A stretch of DNA of 64,000 nucleotides, taken from the NCBI RefSeq assembly GCF_055900595.2, contig NZ_CM148325.1; one strand, given 5' to 3'. The position numbers and the translations under genes were made by a program. Shown one piece after another: positions 44,024-56,500 of this stretch. The notes under the pieces are model-generated. The model saw only the letters and a program-made list of their open reading frames with translations, was not told the DNA's origin and did not search any database. Every line of letters starts with the position of its first letter. The first letter of the stretch is position 1.

Positions 44024-45127
44024 TCAATGCGGTGTACGCCCGGTGTTAAAACGTTTTTCCAGATGTTGGCTATAACGTGACATGCTGAAACAGAAGATCC
44101 AGTAGATCAGCGCGGCGAAAACATACCCTTCCGTCGACATACCCAACCAGGCGGGATCAACGGTTGCCTGCTGAACGCTACTGAAAAGATCGAACAACCC
44201 GATGATGATCACCAGGCTGGTATCTTTGAAGAGTGCGATGATGGTATTTACCAGCCCAGGAATCACCAGCTTCAACGCCTGTGGCAGAATAACCAGCCCC
44301 TGGGTTTTCCAGTAACCCAACGCCAGCGACTCTGCCGCTTCATATTGCCCTTTAGGCAGCGCCTGTAATCCGCCTCGCACGACTTCCGCAACATATGCTG
44401 ACTGAAACAGGATCACGCCAACCAGCGCGCGGATCAATTTGTCGATACTGGTGCCTTCTGCCATAAACAACGGCAGCATGACCGAAGACATAAACAGAAC
44501 GGTAATCAGCGGTACACCGCGCCAGAACTCGATAAAAATGACCGATAAGATACGCACAATCGGCATATGGGAGCGGCGACCTAACGCCAGTAAGATCCCC
44601 CACGGCAGCGCCCCCGCAATCCCAACTGATGCAATAATTAAAGTGAGCGTCAGCCCGCCCCATTGCCTGGTTTCAACCCGTTCAAGACCAAGAAACCCGC
44701 CATACATCAGCCACCAGACAATCAGTGGGTAAATCACCGCCCAGACCGCAATATAGCGACCGCGATGCGGGAGTATTTTCCAGAACATTGGTGCGATAGA
44801 AACAAGGCCAATCAGTAATGCCAGGTTAATTCGCCAGCGTTGGTCGTGTGGGTAAAGCCCATACATAAACTGACCAAATCGTTCGTGGATGAAGACCCAA
44901 CAGGCACCTGCTTTTGTGCAGTCGGCACGCGTTGAGCCAACCCAGTTAGCCTGCAAAAATGCCCAGTTCAGCAATGGTGGGATCAGTTCCCACATCAACC
45001 ATATGCAGCCAATAGTCAGCAGGCTATTGCTCCAGCTGGAGAACAGATTTTTCCGCACCCACACCATCGCGCGGCTTGTGTTATGGCTCGCCGGGCGCGG
45101 GGGATGAGACAGCAATACTTTTGTCAT
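44024..45127 (-). CDS. yhdY: Amino-acid ABC transporter permease YhdY (367 aa)
   Basis: Multi-TM permease; start taken at second Met of the 368-aa ORF ([16 protein letters not shown]...). Confidence 0.92.
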   Translation of the reverse strand: MTKVLLSHPPRPASHNTSRAMVWVRKNLFSSWSNSLLTIGCIWLMWELIPPLLNWAFLQANWVGSTRADCTKAGACWVFIHERFGQFMYGLYPHDQRWRINLALLIGLVSIAPMFWKILPHRGRYIAVWAVIYPLIVWWLMYGGFLGLERVETRQWGGLTLTLIIASVGIAGALPWGILLALGRRSHMPIVRILSVIFIEFWRGVPLITVLFMSSVMLPLFMAEGTSIDKLIRALVGVILFQSAYVAEVVRGGLQALPKGQYEAAESLALGYWKTQGLVILPQALKLVIPGLVNTIIALFKDTSLVIIIGLFDLFSSVQQATVDPAWLGMSTEGYVFAALIYWIFCFSMSRYSQHLEKRFNTGRTPH

Positions 45128-45136
45128 CATGACTCC

Positions 45137-46318
45137 TTAGCGTTCAACGATCGCGATGCGGCGGTTATAGATATTCATCAGCAGCGAGATAGTCAGGCTG
45201 ATAATCAGATAGACCGACATGGTCATGGCTATAGTCTCGATGGCTTGCCCCGTCTGGTTTAGTACGGTGCCAGCAAACAGCGAAACCATATCCGGATAGC
45301 CAATAGCGGCGGCAAGAGAGGAGTTTTTGACGATGTTGAGATACTGGCTGGTTAATGGAGGAATAATCACTCGCAGTGCCTGAGGAATAATGACCTGGCG
45401 TAGCGTAACCGGGTTGGGCAATCCCAGTGACCTGGCAGCTTCATGTTGACCATAAGGCACCGCCTGAATCCCGGCGCGGATAATCTCGGCGATAAATGCA
45501 GAGGTATAAACCGAAAGCGCCAGCGTTAAGGCTGCCAGTTCAGGAATTAAAACCATCCCGCCGCGGAAATTAAAACCTTGTAGGGCTGGAACATCCCAGT
45601 GCAGTGCCGCGCCAAAAAGCCATTGCGCCAGTAAAGGCAAGCCAATGATTAATCCAACGGCGAACGGCCAGGTTCGGCGCAGTTGTCCGGTCTTTATCTG
45701 GTGTTTTTTATTAAAGCGATATAGCCCAACAGAAAGGGCTATAGCCATAACAACAGCCAGGATAAATGCAAGGAACCCGTCTCCCAGCTGCGGCGACGGA
45801 ATATAAAGCCCACGATTGCTTAAAAAGGCCAGATCAAACGCACTCACTGCCTGGCGTGGTCCGGGCAAATTGCGCAACACGGCAAAGTACCAGAAGAAGA
45901 TTTGCAGTAGCGGCGGAATATTACGGAAGATCTCAATATAAATTGTGGAAAGCTTTCGTAGCAGCCAGTTATCCGAAAGTCGTGCCAGACCGATAAAGAA
46001 GCCCAGAACAGAAGCGAATACAATACACAATGCAGAAACCAGCAGCGTATTGAGTAAGCCAACAATGAAAACGCGTCCGTAGGTATCACCCTGCTGGTAA
46101 TCGATCAAATGCTGGACAATACCGAAGCCAGCGCCGCGATCCAGAAAGGCAAAACCCGAAGTAATGCCACGATTACTGAGATTCGTCACAGTGTTGTGAA
46201 ATAGCCAACCAACAATGCCGACAACAGCAACAACGGCAAGGATCTGGAATAACCAGGCGCGAACCGTAGGGTTGGCAAAGGAGAGTGAGCCTTTAACGGT
46301 TGAGCGGCGATGAGACAT
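45137..46318 (-). CDS. yhdX: Amino-acid ABC transporter permease YhdX (393 aa)
   Basis: Multi-TM permease; start taken at internal Met (MSHRRSTVKGSLSFANP...), ORF track extends 6 codons upstream. Confidence 0.9.
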   Translation of the reverse strand: MSHRRSTVKGSLSFANPTVRAWLFQILAVVAVVGIVGWLFHNTVTNLSNRGITSGFAFLDRGAGFGIVQHLIDYQQGDTYGRVFIVGLLNTLLVSALCIVFASVLGFFIGLARLSDNWLLRKLSTIYIEIFRNIPPLLQIFFWYFAVLRNLPGPRQAVSAFDLAFLSNRGLYIPSPQLGDGFLAFILAVVMAIALSVGLYRFNKKHQIKTGQLRRTWPFAVGLIIGLPLLAQWLFGAALHWDVPALQGFNFRGGMVLIPELAALTLALSVYTSAFIAEIIRAGIQAVPYGQHEAARSLGLPNPVTLRQVIIPQALRVIIPPLTSQYLNIVKNSSLAAAIGYPDMVSLFAGTVLNQTGQAIETIAMTMSVYLIISLTISLLMNIYNRRIAIVER

Positions 46319-46385
46319 AGAAACCTCGGAAAGCATAACGCTGAAGAGAGCGCCGCCGTAGCGACGCTCGTTACCTCACACCGAC

Positions 46386-47411
46386 TTAACGCACGGGCGG
46401 CGCGTACTGAATACCGCCGTTATTCCAGAGATTATTTTGCCCACGTTTAATCTTCAGGGGGCTTTCTGAACCTACGTTACGCTCAAAAATTTCCGAGTAA
46501 TTACCCACCTGTTTGATGATGTTGTAAGCCCATTTATTATCCAGCTTCAGATCTTTACCGTAATCGCCCTCTTTACCCAGCAGATGCGCCATATCAGGCG
46601 TTGCAGGATTAGCCGCTTTTTCATCAACGTTTTGCGAATTAACGCCCATCTCTTCAGCATTCAGCATGGCGAAAAGCGTCCAGCGCACTATAGAGAACCA
46701 TTCATCATCGCCACGACGAACTACCGGCCCAAGCGGTTCTTTAGAGATAACTTCCGGTAAAACAATCCATTCAGCTGGGTTGCTTAATTTGATGCGCAGG
46801 GCATACAGTTGTGATTGATCCGAGGCCAGCGTATCGCAGCGACCAGATTCCAGTGCCTTCGCGGATTCGTCAGAGCGATCGAAAGTCACTGGTGTGTACT
46901 TCATATTGTTTGCCTTGAAGTAATCGGCGACGTTGAGTTCGGTATCAGTACCCGCCTGAATACAGACTGTTGCGCCATCCAGTTCTTTCGCGCTTTTTAA
47001 TCCCGCTTTATCGTGCGTCAGGAAACCAATGCCGTCATAATAAGTGACGCCAGTAAATGCCATTCCCATACCGGCATCGCGAGAGGAAGTCCAGGTCGTA
47101 TTACGGGAGAGCAAATCCACCTCCCCTGACTGTAAAGCCGTGAAGCGTTCTTTTGCAGTGAGCGGGGTATATTTCACTTTCGTGTCGTCACTAAATACAG
47201 CTGCCGCAACACCACGACAAACATCTACATCAATACCTGAAAACTTACCGTCAGCATCGGCATAAGAGAACCCAGGTAATCCATCACTGATCCCGCATTG
47301 CACAAAACCTTTTTTCTGAACGGCATCAAGCGTCGCGCCAGCATGCGCCTGATTTGCAACGGCAAGCAGCACGCTGGCGGCAGCCAGTGTGGCTATCATC
47401 ATCTTTTTCAT
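46386..47411 (-). CDS. yhdW: Periplasmic amino-acid-binding protein YhdW/AapJ-like (341 aa)
   Basis: Signal peptide MKKMMIATLAAASVLLAVANQAHA followed by type-II substrate-binding fold; first gene of yhdWXYZ. Confidence 0.93.
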   Translation of the reverse strand: MKKMMIATLAAASVLLAVANQAHAGATLDAVQKKGFVQCGISDGLPGFSYADADGKFSGIDVDVCRGVAAAVFSDDTKVKYTPLTAKERFTALQSGEVDLLSRNTTWTSSRDAGMGMAFTGVTYYDGIGFLTHDKAGLKSAKELDGATVCIQAGTDTELNVADYFKANNMKYTPVTFDRSDESAKALESGRCDTLASDQSQLYALRIKLSNPAEWIVLPEVISKEPLGPVVRRGDDEWFSIVRWTLFAMLNAEEMGVNSQNVDEKAANPATPDMAHLLGKEGDYGKDLKLDNKWAYNIIKQVGNYSEIFERNVGSESPLKIKRGQNNLWNNGGIQYAPPVR

Positions 47412-47840
47412 AATGCTTCCTGTGAGGCGAAAATTATCGTTATAGGACGTTTGGGAAACGTCTTTTACCTGTCTGTGGCCATCCTCTTATAAGCAAAAGT
47501 AGTGCCAGCTTTTGCGCACGATTTCGCGTCGCAATAAGCTGAGTGTAGACAGGAAATAATAAAAACAGCGCCCCGCAATGGTGCGAAAATGAAACATGCG
47601 CCACATTTTGGCGCAAAATATTTACGCATTTTTACTAAGCAGAATAATGATTGTTAGCGTGAGTATATTTCTGGTAGGAATTGTGAAAATTAAATTGATG
47701 CGTTATTTCGAAAGCAGCGAAATAACGCGATATAACATGCTAAATCAGCAGGGAATTACCCAGCAGAATATAGCAATATTTTATCTTATGGAGAGATACT
47801 GTATCGTTAAACAGAGCGCGATACTCCGCGCCCTGTTCAG

Positions 47841-48062
47841 TTATTTCGACAGAGCGATGATCCCCATCGTCAGGCCAGCAACAGCTGCTGCCCCGCCAGC
47901 AATAGCCCCAGCCGTTTCCCAGTTATCCTGAGTCGTGCCTTTCATACAGGTATTGGTGTGAACCAGTCGACCCTGATCGTCATAAACCGGAACGCAGGGC
48001 GAATCGTGAGCACAGCCCGCCAGCAATGCGGTGAGCAATGCTACAGGAATTAATCTTTTCAT
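47841..48062 (-). CDS. yhdV: Small lipoprotein YhdV (73 aa)
   Basis: MKRLIPVALLTALLAGCAHD... lipobox LAGC; glycine/alanine-rich C-terminus. Confidence 0.88.
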   Translation of the reverse strand: MKRLIPVALLTALLAGCAHDSPCVPVYDDQGRLVHTNTCMKGTTQDNWETAGAIAGGAAAVAGLTMGIIALSK

Positions 48063-48314
48063 GGTGTTACCTCAGTAATAAACGCTAACGCTTAATAAGT
48101 TAACTCTCTTATTAACGAGCTGAATGCCATTTTATCACTGGAGGTTATAAATCTTGCGGCATGAATAATGACAAATTATGTGAATTGTAAAAATAGTGAA
48201 GGGAGCGGGAACTATAGAAATTTTTTAAAGAGTGAGTAGAAGAATATCTTATTAATTTTTATGGGTTTCACTGAAAATAATAAAGGCACCCGAAAGCGCC
48301 TTTATGTTTCTGAT

Positions 48315-51300
48315 TTATCCTTTAAAGCAACGGCGGATAACCACAAAGAACACCGGCACGAAGAAGATTGCCAGCAACGTTGCAGAGACCATCCCGCCCA
48401 TTACCCCGATACCCACTGCGTTCTGCGCGCCACTGCCGGCACCGTTACTGATAGCTAGCGGTAATACGCCGAGAATAAAGGCGAGAGAGGTCATCAGGAT
48501 AGGACGCAGACGCATACGTACTGCCATCAGTGTTGCTTCGGCAACACCTTTACCCTCTTTCTCCATGAGATCTTTAGCGAACTCAACAATCAAAATAGCG
48601 TTTTTGGCCGACAAGCCAATTGTCGTTAGCAAGCCCACCATAAAGTAGACGTCATTTTTTTGATTAAAGAGTGTCGCCGCCAGTAGCACGCCGACAATCC
48701 CTAACGGCACGACTAACATAACCGAGACAGGAATTGACCAGCTTTCATAGAGTGCAGCAAGGCACAGGAAAACAACCACAAAGGAAATTGCTACCAGAGC
48801 GGGAGCTTGGTTTCCCGATAAGCGTTCCTGATATGACATACCCGTCCAGTCATAACCAATGCCAGCTGGTAATTGTGATGCAAGGTTTTCCATCAACGCC
48901 ATGGCATCGCCGGAACTGGTTCCTGGCGCGGCTTCCCCCTGAATCTCCATTGACGGCAGACCGTTGTAGCGCTCCAGTCGCGGAGAGCCATACACCCAAT
49001 GTGCAGTGGTAAAGGCAGAGAATGGCACCATTTCGCCGTTGGCGCTGCGGACATAAAGTTTATCGACATCTTCTGGCAGCATACGGAATTTGGCATCCGC
49101 CTGAACATACACCTTTTTCACGCGACCACGGTCAATGAAGTCGTTAACGTAAGTCCCACCCAACGCCGTTGAAATGGTCTGATTGATGTCAGAAAGTGAA
49201 ACACCTAATGCCTGCGCCTTTTCCTGGTCAACTTCCAGTTTAAACTGCGCGGTGTCTTCCAGACCATTAGGACGCACGCTGACTAAGCTGGCAGGATGTT
49301 GCGCCGCCATGCCAAGCAACTGGTTACGGGCCTGGGTCAGGGCATCGTGACCCAGCCTAGCCTGATCAATTAACTCAAAGTCGAAACCCGTTGCCGTGCC
49401 CAGTTCAACAATGGCTGGCATATTGAATGGAATGACAAAACCGTCGCGGATCTTGCCCAATTCCATTTTGGCACGATGGATTACCGCTTCCGCACTGTTT
49501 TCGTCACCACTACGCTCTTCCCACGGTTTCAGACTGACGAAAGCCATACCGGCGTTTTGTGCCTGGCCGCTGAAGCTAAAGCCGTTAACCGTAAAGACAC
49601 TTTCTACGTTCGCTTTCTCGTTCTTCAGATAGTAATCCGTCACTTGATCCAACACTTTTTGCGTCCGCTCTTGCGTCGCGCCAGCGGGTAACTGAATCAT
49701 AGTCAGAAAGACACCCTGATCCTCTTCAGGTAAGAAGGAAGACGGAAGACGTAAAAACAACACCACCATTCCAGCAACAATTAGTGCATAGATCAGTAAA
49801 TATCGTCCTGTGGAACCGAGGATTTTGCCGACGCTGTTGGTGTAGTGGTTAACGCTATGATCGAAGGTGGTATTAAACCAGCCGAAGAAACCGCCCTTAT
49901 TTTCGTGATGCTCAGCAGAGACGGGTTTGAGCAGTGTTGCACATAACGCTGGGGTAAGAATCAATGCCACCAGAACAGAAAGCGCCATTGCCGAAACGAT
50001 GGTGATAGAGAACTGGCGGTAAATTGCCCCAGTAGAACCGCCGAAGAATGCCATTGGAATAAATACCGCTGACAGCACCATCGCGATACCCACCAGTGCG
50101 CCCTGGATTTGCGACATTGATTTTTCCGTCGCTTCTTTTGGCGGGAGCTTATCCTCCATCATCACGCGCTCGACGTTCTCCACCACCACTATCGCATCAT
50201 CGACGAGCAGCCCGATGGCAAGCACCATCCCGAACATAGTTAGTGTATTGATGGAGTAACCAAAAGCGGCGAGGATGGCAAACGTCCCTAACAACACCAC
50301 GGGTACCGCAATGGTGGGGATCAGCGTTGCTCGCATATTCTGCAAGAACAGATACATCACCAGGAACACCAGCATAATGGCTTCGAACAGCGTTTTTACC
50401 ACTTCGTGAATAGAAAGCTGGACGAATGGTGTGGTGTCATAAGGGTAGAGAACCTTCATTCCCTGCGGGAAGAATGGCTGTAATTCCGCCAGTTTTGCCT
50501 TAATGGCTTTCGCGGTATTGAGAGCATTCGCGCCGGTTGCCAGCTTAATACCCAGGCCCGCCGCCGGTTTACCGTTGATGCGAGCGATAACGTTATAGTT
50601 TTCACCGCCAAGTTCAACCCGTGCGACATCTTTCAGGCGTACCACCGAGCCGTCACTGTTTACGCGCAGGGTCACTTTGCCGAATTCTTCCGGATTTTTT
50701 AACCGCGTCTGAGCAATAATCGAGGCGTTCAACTGTTGCCCTGGTAACGCTGGCGTTCCGCCCAACTGTCCGGCAGCGATCTGATCGTTCTGTACCTTCA
50801 ACTGGTTAATCACATCAACCGGCGTCAGTTTATATTTGTTTAGCAGATCGGCGTCCAACCAGATACGCATCGCATACTGTGCGCCGAAAAGCTGTACGTC
50901 ACCGACGCCATTCAGACGGCTAAGCGTATCTTTAACGTTAGAGGCCACATAGTCCGAGATATCGTCCTGTGTGGTGCCTGGGTTATCAGAGACAAAGCCC
51001 GCCACCATCAAATAGCTGCTACTGGACTTTTCAACACTGATCCCCTGCTGCTGTACCTCCTGCGGCAGCAACGGCGTGGCGAGCTGGAGTTTGTTCTGCA
51101 CCTGCACTTGCGCGATATCTGGATCGGTCCCGGACTGGAAGGTAAGGGTAATTGTCACGCTACCGGCGGAATCGCTGGTGGAGGACATATACATCAGGTT
51201 ATCGATACCATTCATATTCTGTTCGATAACCTGCGTCACCGTATCCTGCACGGTCTGCGCATCAGCGCCCGGATAGTTTGCCGAAACAGAAACTGCAGGC

Positions 51301-51419
51301 GGCGCAATGGTTGGGTATTGGGCGACGGGCAATTGTAGGATCGCCAGTACACCCGCCATCATCAGAATAATGGCCAGCACCCATGCAAATATCGGTCGTC
51401 GAATAAAAAAGTTTGCCAT
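48315..51419 (-). CDS. acrF: RND multidrug efflux pump inner-membrane transporter AcrF (1034 aa)
   Basis: [71 protein letters not shown]...; AcrB-family 12-TM architecture. Confidence 0.96.
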   Translation of the reverse strand: MANFFIRRPIFAWVLAIILMMAGVLAILQLPVAQYPTIAPPAVSVSANYPGADAQTVQDTVTQVIEQNMNGIDNLMYMSSTSDSAGSVTITLTFQSGTDPDIAQVQVQNKLQLATPLLPQEVQQQGISVEKSSSSYLMVAGFVSDNPGTTQDDISDYVASNVKDTLSRLNGVGDVQLFGAQYAMRIWLDADLLNKYKLTPVDVINQLKVQNDQIAAGQLGGTPALPGQQLNASIIAQTRLKNPEEFGKVTLRVNSDGSVVRLKDVARVELGGENYNVIARINGKPAAGLGIKLATGANALNTAKAIKAKLAELQPFFPQGMKVLYPYDTTPFVQLSIHEVVKTLFEAIMLVFLVMYLFLQNMRATLIPTIAVPVVLLGTFAILAAFGYSINTLTMFGMVLAIGLLVDDAIVVVENVERVMMEDKLPPKEATEKSMSQIQGALVGIAMVLSAVFIPMAFFGGSTGAIYRQFSITIVSAMALSVLVALILTPALCATLLKPVSAEHHENKGGFFGWFNTTFDHSVNHYTNSVGKILGSTGRYLLIYALIVAGMVVLFLRLPSSFLPEEDQGVFLTMIQLPAGATQERTQKVLDQVTDYYLKNEKANVESVFTVNGFSFSGQAQNAGMAFVSLKPWEERSGDENSAEAVIHRAKMELGKIRDGFVIPFNMPAIVELGTATGFDFELIDQARLGHDALTQARNQLLGMAAQHPASLVSVRPNGLEDTAQFKLEVDQEKAQALGVSLSDINQTISTALGGTYVNDFIDRGRVKKVYVQADAKFRMLPEDVDKLYVRSANGEMVPFSAFTTAHWVYGSPRLERYNGLPSMEIQGEAAPGTSSGDAMALMENLASQLPAGIGYDWTGMSYQERLSGNQAPALVAISFVVVFLCLAALYESWSIPVSVMLVVPLGIVGVLLAATLFNQKNDVYFMVGLLTTIGLSAKNAILIVEFAKDLMEKEGKGVAEATLMAVRMRLRPILMTSLAFILGVLPLAISNGAGSGAQNAVGIGVMGGMVSATLLAIFFVPVFFVVIRRCFKG

Positions 51420-51430
51420 GTCAGATTGCC

Positions 51431-52588
51431 TTACTTCGATGCAGTATCTGCGGGGGTATCGGTAGTGGCTTTAACCTGCTCTCCCGGACGCGCTTTTTGC
51501 AGGCCGCTGACAATGACTTGATCGCCAGATTTCAGCCCTTCGCTAATCAACCATTTATCGCCAATCGCCTGGCTGGCAACGACAGGGCGCGCTTCAACCT
51601 GACTTTTATCGTTAACAATCAGCACGGTTGCATCACCACGCGGTGTGCGGCTAACGCCTTGTTGCGGGATAAGAATGGCATCAGGTTGGACGCCTTCATC
51701 AATCCGTGCGCGCACAAACATACCAGGTAAAAGCGTATGTTGCGGGTTAGGGAAGACGGCACGTAGGGTTATGGAGCCGGTGCTTTCATCAACGGTAACA
51801 TCGGAGAATTGCAGCGTACCTTTCAGGGGATAGGTTTGACCGTTCTCCATGACCAACTCTACGTTGCTGGTGGCGTTCTCCTTATGCAAATTTCCTTGCT
51901 CTACGGATTGCTTCAGCCTCATAAAATCGTTGCTGGATTGGGTCACATCAACGTAGATAGGATCGAGCTGCTGGACAGTCGCCAGTTCAGTCGTTTGCCC
52001 ATTAGTGACAAGAGCGCCTTCGGTCACAGTAGATTTGCCGATACGTCCGCTAATTGGCGCAGTCACTTTGGTATAAGCGAGATTGATGCGAGCGCTTTCG
52101 ACCGTGGCTTTTGCGGCAATCACGGCGGCATCGGCCTGGCGAGCATCAGCAATGGCCTGGTCGTACTCCTGCTGACTGATGTATTTCGTACCCACGAGCG
52201 GAACGTAACGTTTTACCGTCAAATGCGCGATGGCGGCGGCGGCTTCACTTTTCGCCAGTTCGCCTTTCGCGCTGTCATAACTTGCCTGATAGGTCGCGGG
52301 ATCGATCTGGTACAGAGACTGGCCTGCTTGCACATCGCTGCCTTCAGTGAAATTGCGACTCAGTACGATCCCGCTAACCTGTGGGCGAACTTCGGCTATA
52401 CGGTAAGCATTGGTGCGGCCTGGTAATTCAGTCTTAACTTCTAACGGGGCCGTTTTCACAATATGAACGGTAACCTGCGGTTCACCGACGTGAGCTTTCT
52501 CTTCTCCCTTATCGTTACAACCGGCGATTAAAGCCGCGGAGATCAGAATAAAGGAGGGCAGGAGGAAAAAACTGGCATGTTTCGTCAT
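51431..52588 (-). CDS. acrE: RND efflux membrane-fusion lipoprotein AcrE (385 aa)
   Basis: [51 protein letters not shown]...; lipobox and AcrA-like domains. Confidence 0.96.
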   Translation of the reverse strand: MTKHASFFLLPSFILISAALIAGCNDKGEEKAHVGEPQVTVHIVKTAPLEVKTELPGRTNAYRIAEVRPQVSGIVLSRNFTEGSDVQAGQSLYQIDPATYQASYDSAKGELAKSEAAAAIAHLTVKRYVPLVGTKYISQQEYDQAIADARQADAAVIAAKATVESARINLAYTKVTAPISGRIGKSTVTEGALVTNGQTTELATVQQLDPIYVDVTQSSNDFMRLKQSVEQGNLHKENATSNVELVMENGQTYPLKGTLQFSDVTVDESTGSITLRAVFPNPQHTLLPGMFVRARIDEGVQPDAILIPQQGVSRTPRGDATVLIVNDKSQVEARPVVASQAIGDKWLISEGLKSGDQVIVSGLQKARPGEQVKATTDTPADTASK

Positions 52589-52986
52589 TACTATTCCTCA
52601 AAAAACCAAAAGCGCGTTATTTACCTAAAAAGGCAACGCGTTAACTCGCAGAAAGAAAAATACAGTTCGCTATCCTACAAATTATCATTCGTCGATGTAA
52701 GGAATAGTTATGAATACTGGCGTCTCAAGGCACATAAACACAAAAAAAGATTAATATTCTACTGTTTTATTTTGACGCGGGTTGAAAGAGGTAGAATCAA
52801 ATTTTCGTAAATTGAAATATATATTGATAGAGTGAATGTATTTTAGGTAAATAATAAATGTTATTTATTTGACGATTTATAGCAACTCAATATTAGCCTC
52901 TCGTATAAATATACATTAGGTGATAGATTAACCTTCGCTATTTTCTCATCCTGTGTCGAATATATTTATTTCCTGAATAATTAATC
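52589..52986. promoter_or_regulatory. Divergent acrEF / acrS promoter-operator region (A/T-rich)
   Basis: 398-bp strongly A/T-rich intergenic region between divergent acrE and acrS; regulatory role from established acrEF biology. Confidence 0.5.
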
Positions 52987-53649
52987 ATGGCAAAAAGAAC
53001 CAAAGCTGAAGCCCTGAAGACCCGGCAAGAACTGATTGAAACTGCCATCGCCCAGTTTGCGCAGCATGGCGTAAGCAAGACGACGCTCAACGACATTGCC
53101 GACGCCGCTAACGTTACGCGTGGCGCTATCTACTGGCACTTCGAGAACAAGACCCAACTGTTTAATGAGATGTGGTTGCAACAGCCTTCATTGCGGGAGT
53201 TAATCCAGGATCACTTGACTGCTGGGTTAGAGCATGACCCGTTTCAGCAATTGCGTGAAAAATTGATTGTTGGCTTGCAATATATTGCCAAAATTCCCCG
53301 CCAGCAGGCGTTGCTGAAAATCTTATATCACAAATGTGAATTTAATGATGAGATGCTGGCAGAGGGAGTGATACGCGAAAAGATGGGCTTTAATCCGCAG
53401 ACTCTCCGCGAAGTATTGCAGGCATGTCAGCAACAAGGTTGTATAGCAAATAATCTCGATTTAGATGTTGTGATGATTATTATTGATGGAGCCTTCAGCG
53501 GTATTGTTCAAAACTGGTTAATGAATATGGCGGGTTATGATCTTTATAAACAAGCACCCGCACTGGTCGATAACGTATTAAGAATGTTCATGCCAGATGA
53601 AAACATAACGAAATTAATTCATCAAACGAATGAATTAAGTGTCATATAA
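52987..53649 (+). CDS. acrS: TetR-family repressor AcrS/EnvR (220 aa)
   Basis: MAKRTKAEALKTRQELIETAIAQFAQHGVSKTTLNDIADAANVTRGAIYWHFENKTQLF...; TetR N-terminal HTH. Confidence 0.95.
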   Translation: MAKRTKAEALKTRQELIETAIAQFAQHGVSKTTLNDIADAANVTRGAIYWHFENKTQLFNEMWLQQPSLRELIQDHLTAGLEHDPFQQLREKLIVGLQYIAKIPRQQALLKILYHKCEFNDEMLAEGVIREKMGFNPQTLREVLQACQQQGCIANNLDLDVVMIIIDGAFSGIVQNWLMNMAGYDLYKQAPALVDNVLRMFMPDENITKLIHQTNELSVI

Positions 53650-53651
53650 AT

Positions 53652-53831
53652 TCACATTCTGTCCTGAAAATTCAGTTCGTCACAGTTAACCAGTTTTAGT
53701 GGATTAACTGAGTTCATATTGCGGCATTTGTCTGTTTCTGTTGCCAGCAGTTCAATCCACTGCATCAGTAAAGTATCAAACAGAAAAACGAAGACAGCGA
53801 AAACGACGAGCCACCAATACTTGCGAATCAT
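53652..53831 (-). CDS. yhdU: Small membrane protein YhdU (59 aa)
   Basis: Start taken at internal Met MIRKYWWLVVFAVFVFLFDTLLMQWIELLATE...; ORF track gives 68-aa extended form. Confidence 0.8.
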   Translation of the reverse strand: MIRKYWWLVVFAVFVFLFDTLLMQWIELLATETDKCRNMNSVNPLKLVNCDELNFQDRM

Positions 53832-53914
53832 TACCTGAGCCTGTGCATGTTTAACCAAGTCTGGCAGGAAATATACACGAAATGAATAATCTGAAAACCA
53901 GGCTTACACTTCCT

Positions 53915-54799
53915 TTACTTTGCAATGAGATCGGGGTCAACTTCGCTTAACCGGCTTCGTTTTGACAGGTTGCCGGTCTTTCTTTTTTTCACTTTCGCCA
54001 GTTCTTCCGCAGAGTAATGCGACGCGACATCCAGCCGTCGAAGCCCCATTTTGATGTACTCGCTGTTGATCTCAATACCAATGAATTTTCGCCCGCTGGC
54101 GGCGGCTACGGCACCGGTAGTAAAGCTACCGGCAAACGGGTCGAGAACGATATCGCCTGGGTTGGAAGAGGCGAGAATAATGCGTTTCAGTAAGGCTTCC
54201 GGTTTTTGCGTCGGGTGATTCTCATATTCATCCATCAAATAACGCACGCGCGGAAAATCCCAGACGTTACCCGGTACTTTTTGATGATTGTAAGGCTGTG
54301 GAGGATTTTTGCGATAATCGATCAACGCGCGCTGCGATCCGGTTTTGGCTTCTACCAGAATAGCATCACCGTTGAACGTGTAGTTCTTTGCGTCTTTCAC
54401 CATCATCAGGATGGGTTCGTACATGGAGCCGTAGTGTTTTTTCGCCTGCACTCCAGAACTGTCATATGACCAGACGATGCGGCTTTTGATGGTAAAAAGC
54501 TTGCGGCACTGGAGATCGATAAAGGGCATGTTTTCCGTGCTGTTCATGATGTACATGCTGCCCTGCTTTTTCAGAACGCGGTGGCACTCTGCAATCACTT
54601 CAAACAGCCAGTCGATAAACAGATCTTCTTTCCAGGCTTCGATCAGACCATCAAAATTTTTACCGATGTTATACGGTGGGTCGGCAAAGATCAGATCTAC
54701 ACTTTCGGCGGGGATCTTTTTAAGTTCGGTTAATGCATCACCCTGGATGATGGTCTTTGCTTCATTACCAAATCGGGTCGGTTCACATCCTGTTCTCAT
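53915..54799 (-). CDS. yhdJ: DNA adenine (N6) methyltransferase YhdJ (294 aa)
   Basis: DPPY motif (LIFADPPYNIG) and SAM-binding region; matches YhdJ; start at third codon of the ORF-track ORF. Confidence 0.93.
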   Translation of the reverse strand: MRTGCEPTRFGNEAKTIIQGDALTELKKIPAESVDLIFADPPYNIGKNFDGLIEAWKEDLFIDWLFEVIAECHRVLKKQGSMYIMNSTENMPFIDLQCRKLFTIKSRIVWSYDSSGVQAKKHYGSMYEPILMMVKDAKNYTFNGDAILVEAKTGSQRALIDYRKNPPQPYNHQKVPGNVWDFPRVRYLMDEYENHPTQKPEALLKRIILASSNPGDIVLDPFAGSFTTGAVAAASGRKFIGIEINSEYIKMGLRRLDVASHYSAEELAKVKKRKTGNLSKRSRLSEVDPDLIAK

Positions 54800-54822
54800 G
54801 GTCACTCCCTTTGTGACACCTA

Positions 54823-54862
54823 TAAAAAAGGCGCTTCCCCATGCCGAGTAGCGCCTTTTTAA
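54823..54862 (-). terminator. Rho-independent terminator downstream of fis
   Basis: Minus-strand hairpin aaggcgct...agcgcctt followed by T run (read on minus strand), between fis stop and yhdJ start. Confidence 0.6.
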
Positions 54863-54884
54863 TCAAGCATTTAGCTAACCTGAA

Positions 54885-55181
54885 TTAGTTCATGCCGTAT
54901 TTTTTCAATTTTTTACGCAGCGTACCACGGTTGATGCCCATCATCAGCGCAGCACGGGTCTGGTTACCACGGGTGTATTGCATCACCATGTCCAACAGGG
55001 GCTGTTCTACTTCAGCCAGTACCAGCTCATAGAGGTCATTCACATCCTGACCGTTCAGTTGAGCAAAATAGTTCTTCAGTGCCTGTTTAACCGAGTCACG
55101 CAGGGGTTTTTGGGTTACCTGATCCTGAGAGTTAACGGTAGAAACGGTCAGTACGTCAGAATTTACGCGTTGTTCGAACAT
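54885..55181 (-). CDS. fis: Nucleoid-associated DNA-binding protein Fis (98 aa)
   Basis: [98 protein letters not shown]. Confidence 0.98.
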
Positions 55182-55206
55182 AGTTCTGTCAGCTCTTTAT
55201 TTCTGT

Positions 55207-56172
55207 TTACGCAAAATTTTCGAAGTATGCCTCCAACGCCTCCAGCTGTTCGCTGGCATCCTCAATGGCGTTGAATGTGCGCCGAAACTGGTCATTTGGA
55301 GCGTGTTCCTGGAGATACCAGGAAACGTGTTTACGTGCAATTCGGTACCCTTTTGCCGGACCATAAAAGTCATGCAGTTCCCGAACGTGCGCGCAAAGCA
55401 AGCGCTTAACCTCTGCCAAAGGCAGCGGGGGCAGCAACTCCCCAGTGTCCAGATAATGCTGGATTTCCCGAAAGATCCAGGGTCTTCCCTGAGCTGCGCG
55501 GCCTATCATCAGGGCATCCGCCCCTGTATAGTCGAGCACAGCTCTGGCTTTAAGCGGGTCAGTAATGTCGCCATTCGCGATAACCGGAATGGAAACTTTC
55601 TGCTTAACTGCCCGAATACTGTCGTACTCAGCTTCTCCATTGAACAAACAGGCGCGTGTTCGGCCATGAATGGTCAGAGCCTGAATGCCACAGTCTTCAG
55701 CCAGTTGGGCAATCTCTTCGCAGTTACGGTGTTCCGGCGCCCAGCCGGTGCGAATCTTCAGGGTAACAGGAACGTCCACTGCATTGACGACCTCGGTAAG
55801 GATCGATTTAACGACATCCGGGTACTGCAAGAGGGCTGAACCTGCGAGCTTGCGATTCACTTTTTTGGCCGGGCAACCCATATTGATATCAATAATCTGG
55901 GCACCGCTTTCCACGTTAATACGTGCTGCATCTGCCATTTCTTTCGGATCGCTACCAGCAATTTGCACGGTGCGAATACCGGGTTCATCAATGTGCACCA
56001 TCCGTAAACGAGATTTGTCGCTTTCCCAAACCTGTGGGTTAGAAGACATCATCTCGGATACTGTCAATCCGGCTCCCATCTCGTAGCACAACGTCCGAAA
56101 AGGTCTGTCTGTAATGCCAGCCATGGGCGCTGCGATCAGGCGATTTCTGAGCTGATATTGTCCGATGCGCAT
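55207..56172 (-). CDS. dusB: tRNA-dihydrouridine synthase B (321 aa)
   Basis: [60 protein letters not shown]...; TIM-barrel Dus family. Confidence 0.96.
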   Translation of the reverse strand: MRIGQYQLRNRLIAAPMAGITDRPFRTLCYEMGAGLTVSEMMSSNPQVWESDKSRLRMVHIDEPGIRTVQIAGSDPKEMADAARINVESGAQIIDINMGCPAKKVNRKLAGSALLQYPDVVKSILTEVVNAVDVPVTLKIRTGWAPEHRNCEEIAQLAEDCGIQALTIHGRTRACLFNGEAEYDSIRAVKQKVSIPVIANGDITDPLKARAVLDYTGADALMIGRAAQGRPWIFREIQHYLDTGELLPPLPLAEVKRLLCAHVRELHDFYGPAKGYRIARKHVSWYLQEHAPNDQFRRTFNAIEDASEQLEALEAYFENFA

Positions 56173-56500
56173 GAGTTAAGAAATGACCATACTGTGACTG
56201 CAAGGCGGCGTATATTACGCATTTTTTGCACGAGATGAAAGGCCAAACTTTGACCAATCCTCTGAGATGGATCAAAGAATTGCATTTAAAATGAGCTTGG
56301 CGCGATAATTACTCATAAAAATCATCATATTAGAAAATAGTGACTAAAATTTACACTCCAAGAAATTTGAGTAAGTTCTCAATTTTTCTTTATGAATGAA
56401 AATTTTGGCACGCAAATCTGCGTAAATAATCGGCAAATTAACGTGCCTTTTGTGATATTGCTCGCACTTCGCTCTGCATCACTATACGGTGATGCGAAAG
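56173..56500 (-). promoter_or_regulatory. dusB-fis promoter region (growth-phase regulated, Fis-autoregulated) plus prmA 3' flank
   Basis: 328-bp A/T-rich intergenic region upstream of dusB; role assigned from established fis operon biology. Confidence 0.5.

Noticed and set aside
47596-47931. 111-aa plus-strand ORF in the yhdW-yhdV intergenic region
   Set aside because: A/T-rich low-complexity translation overlapping the 3' end of yhdV on the opposite strand; no RBS or recognisable domain. Region is more likely promoter and terminator DNA.
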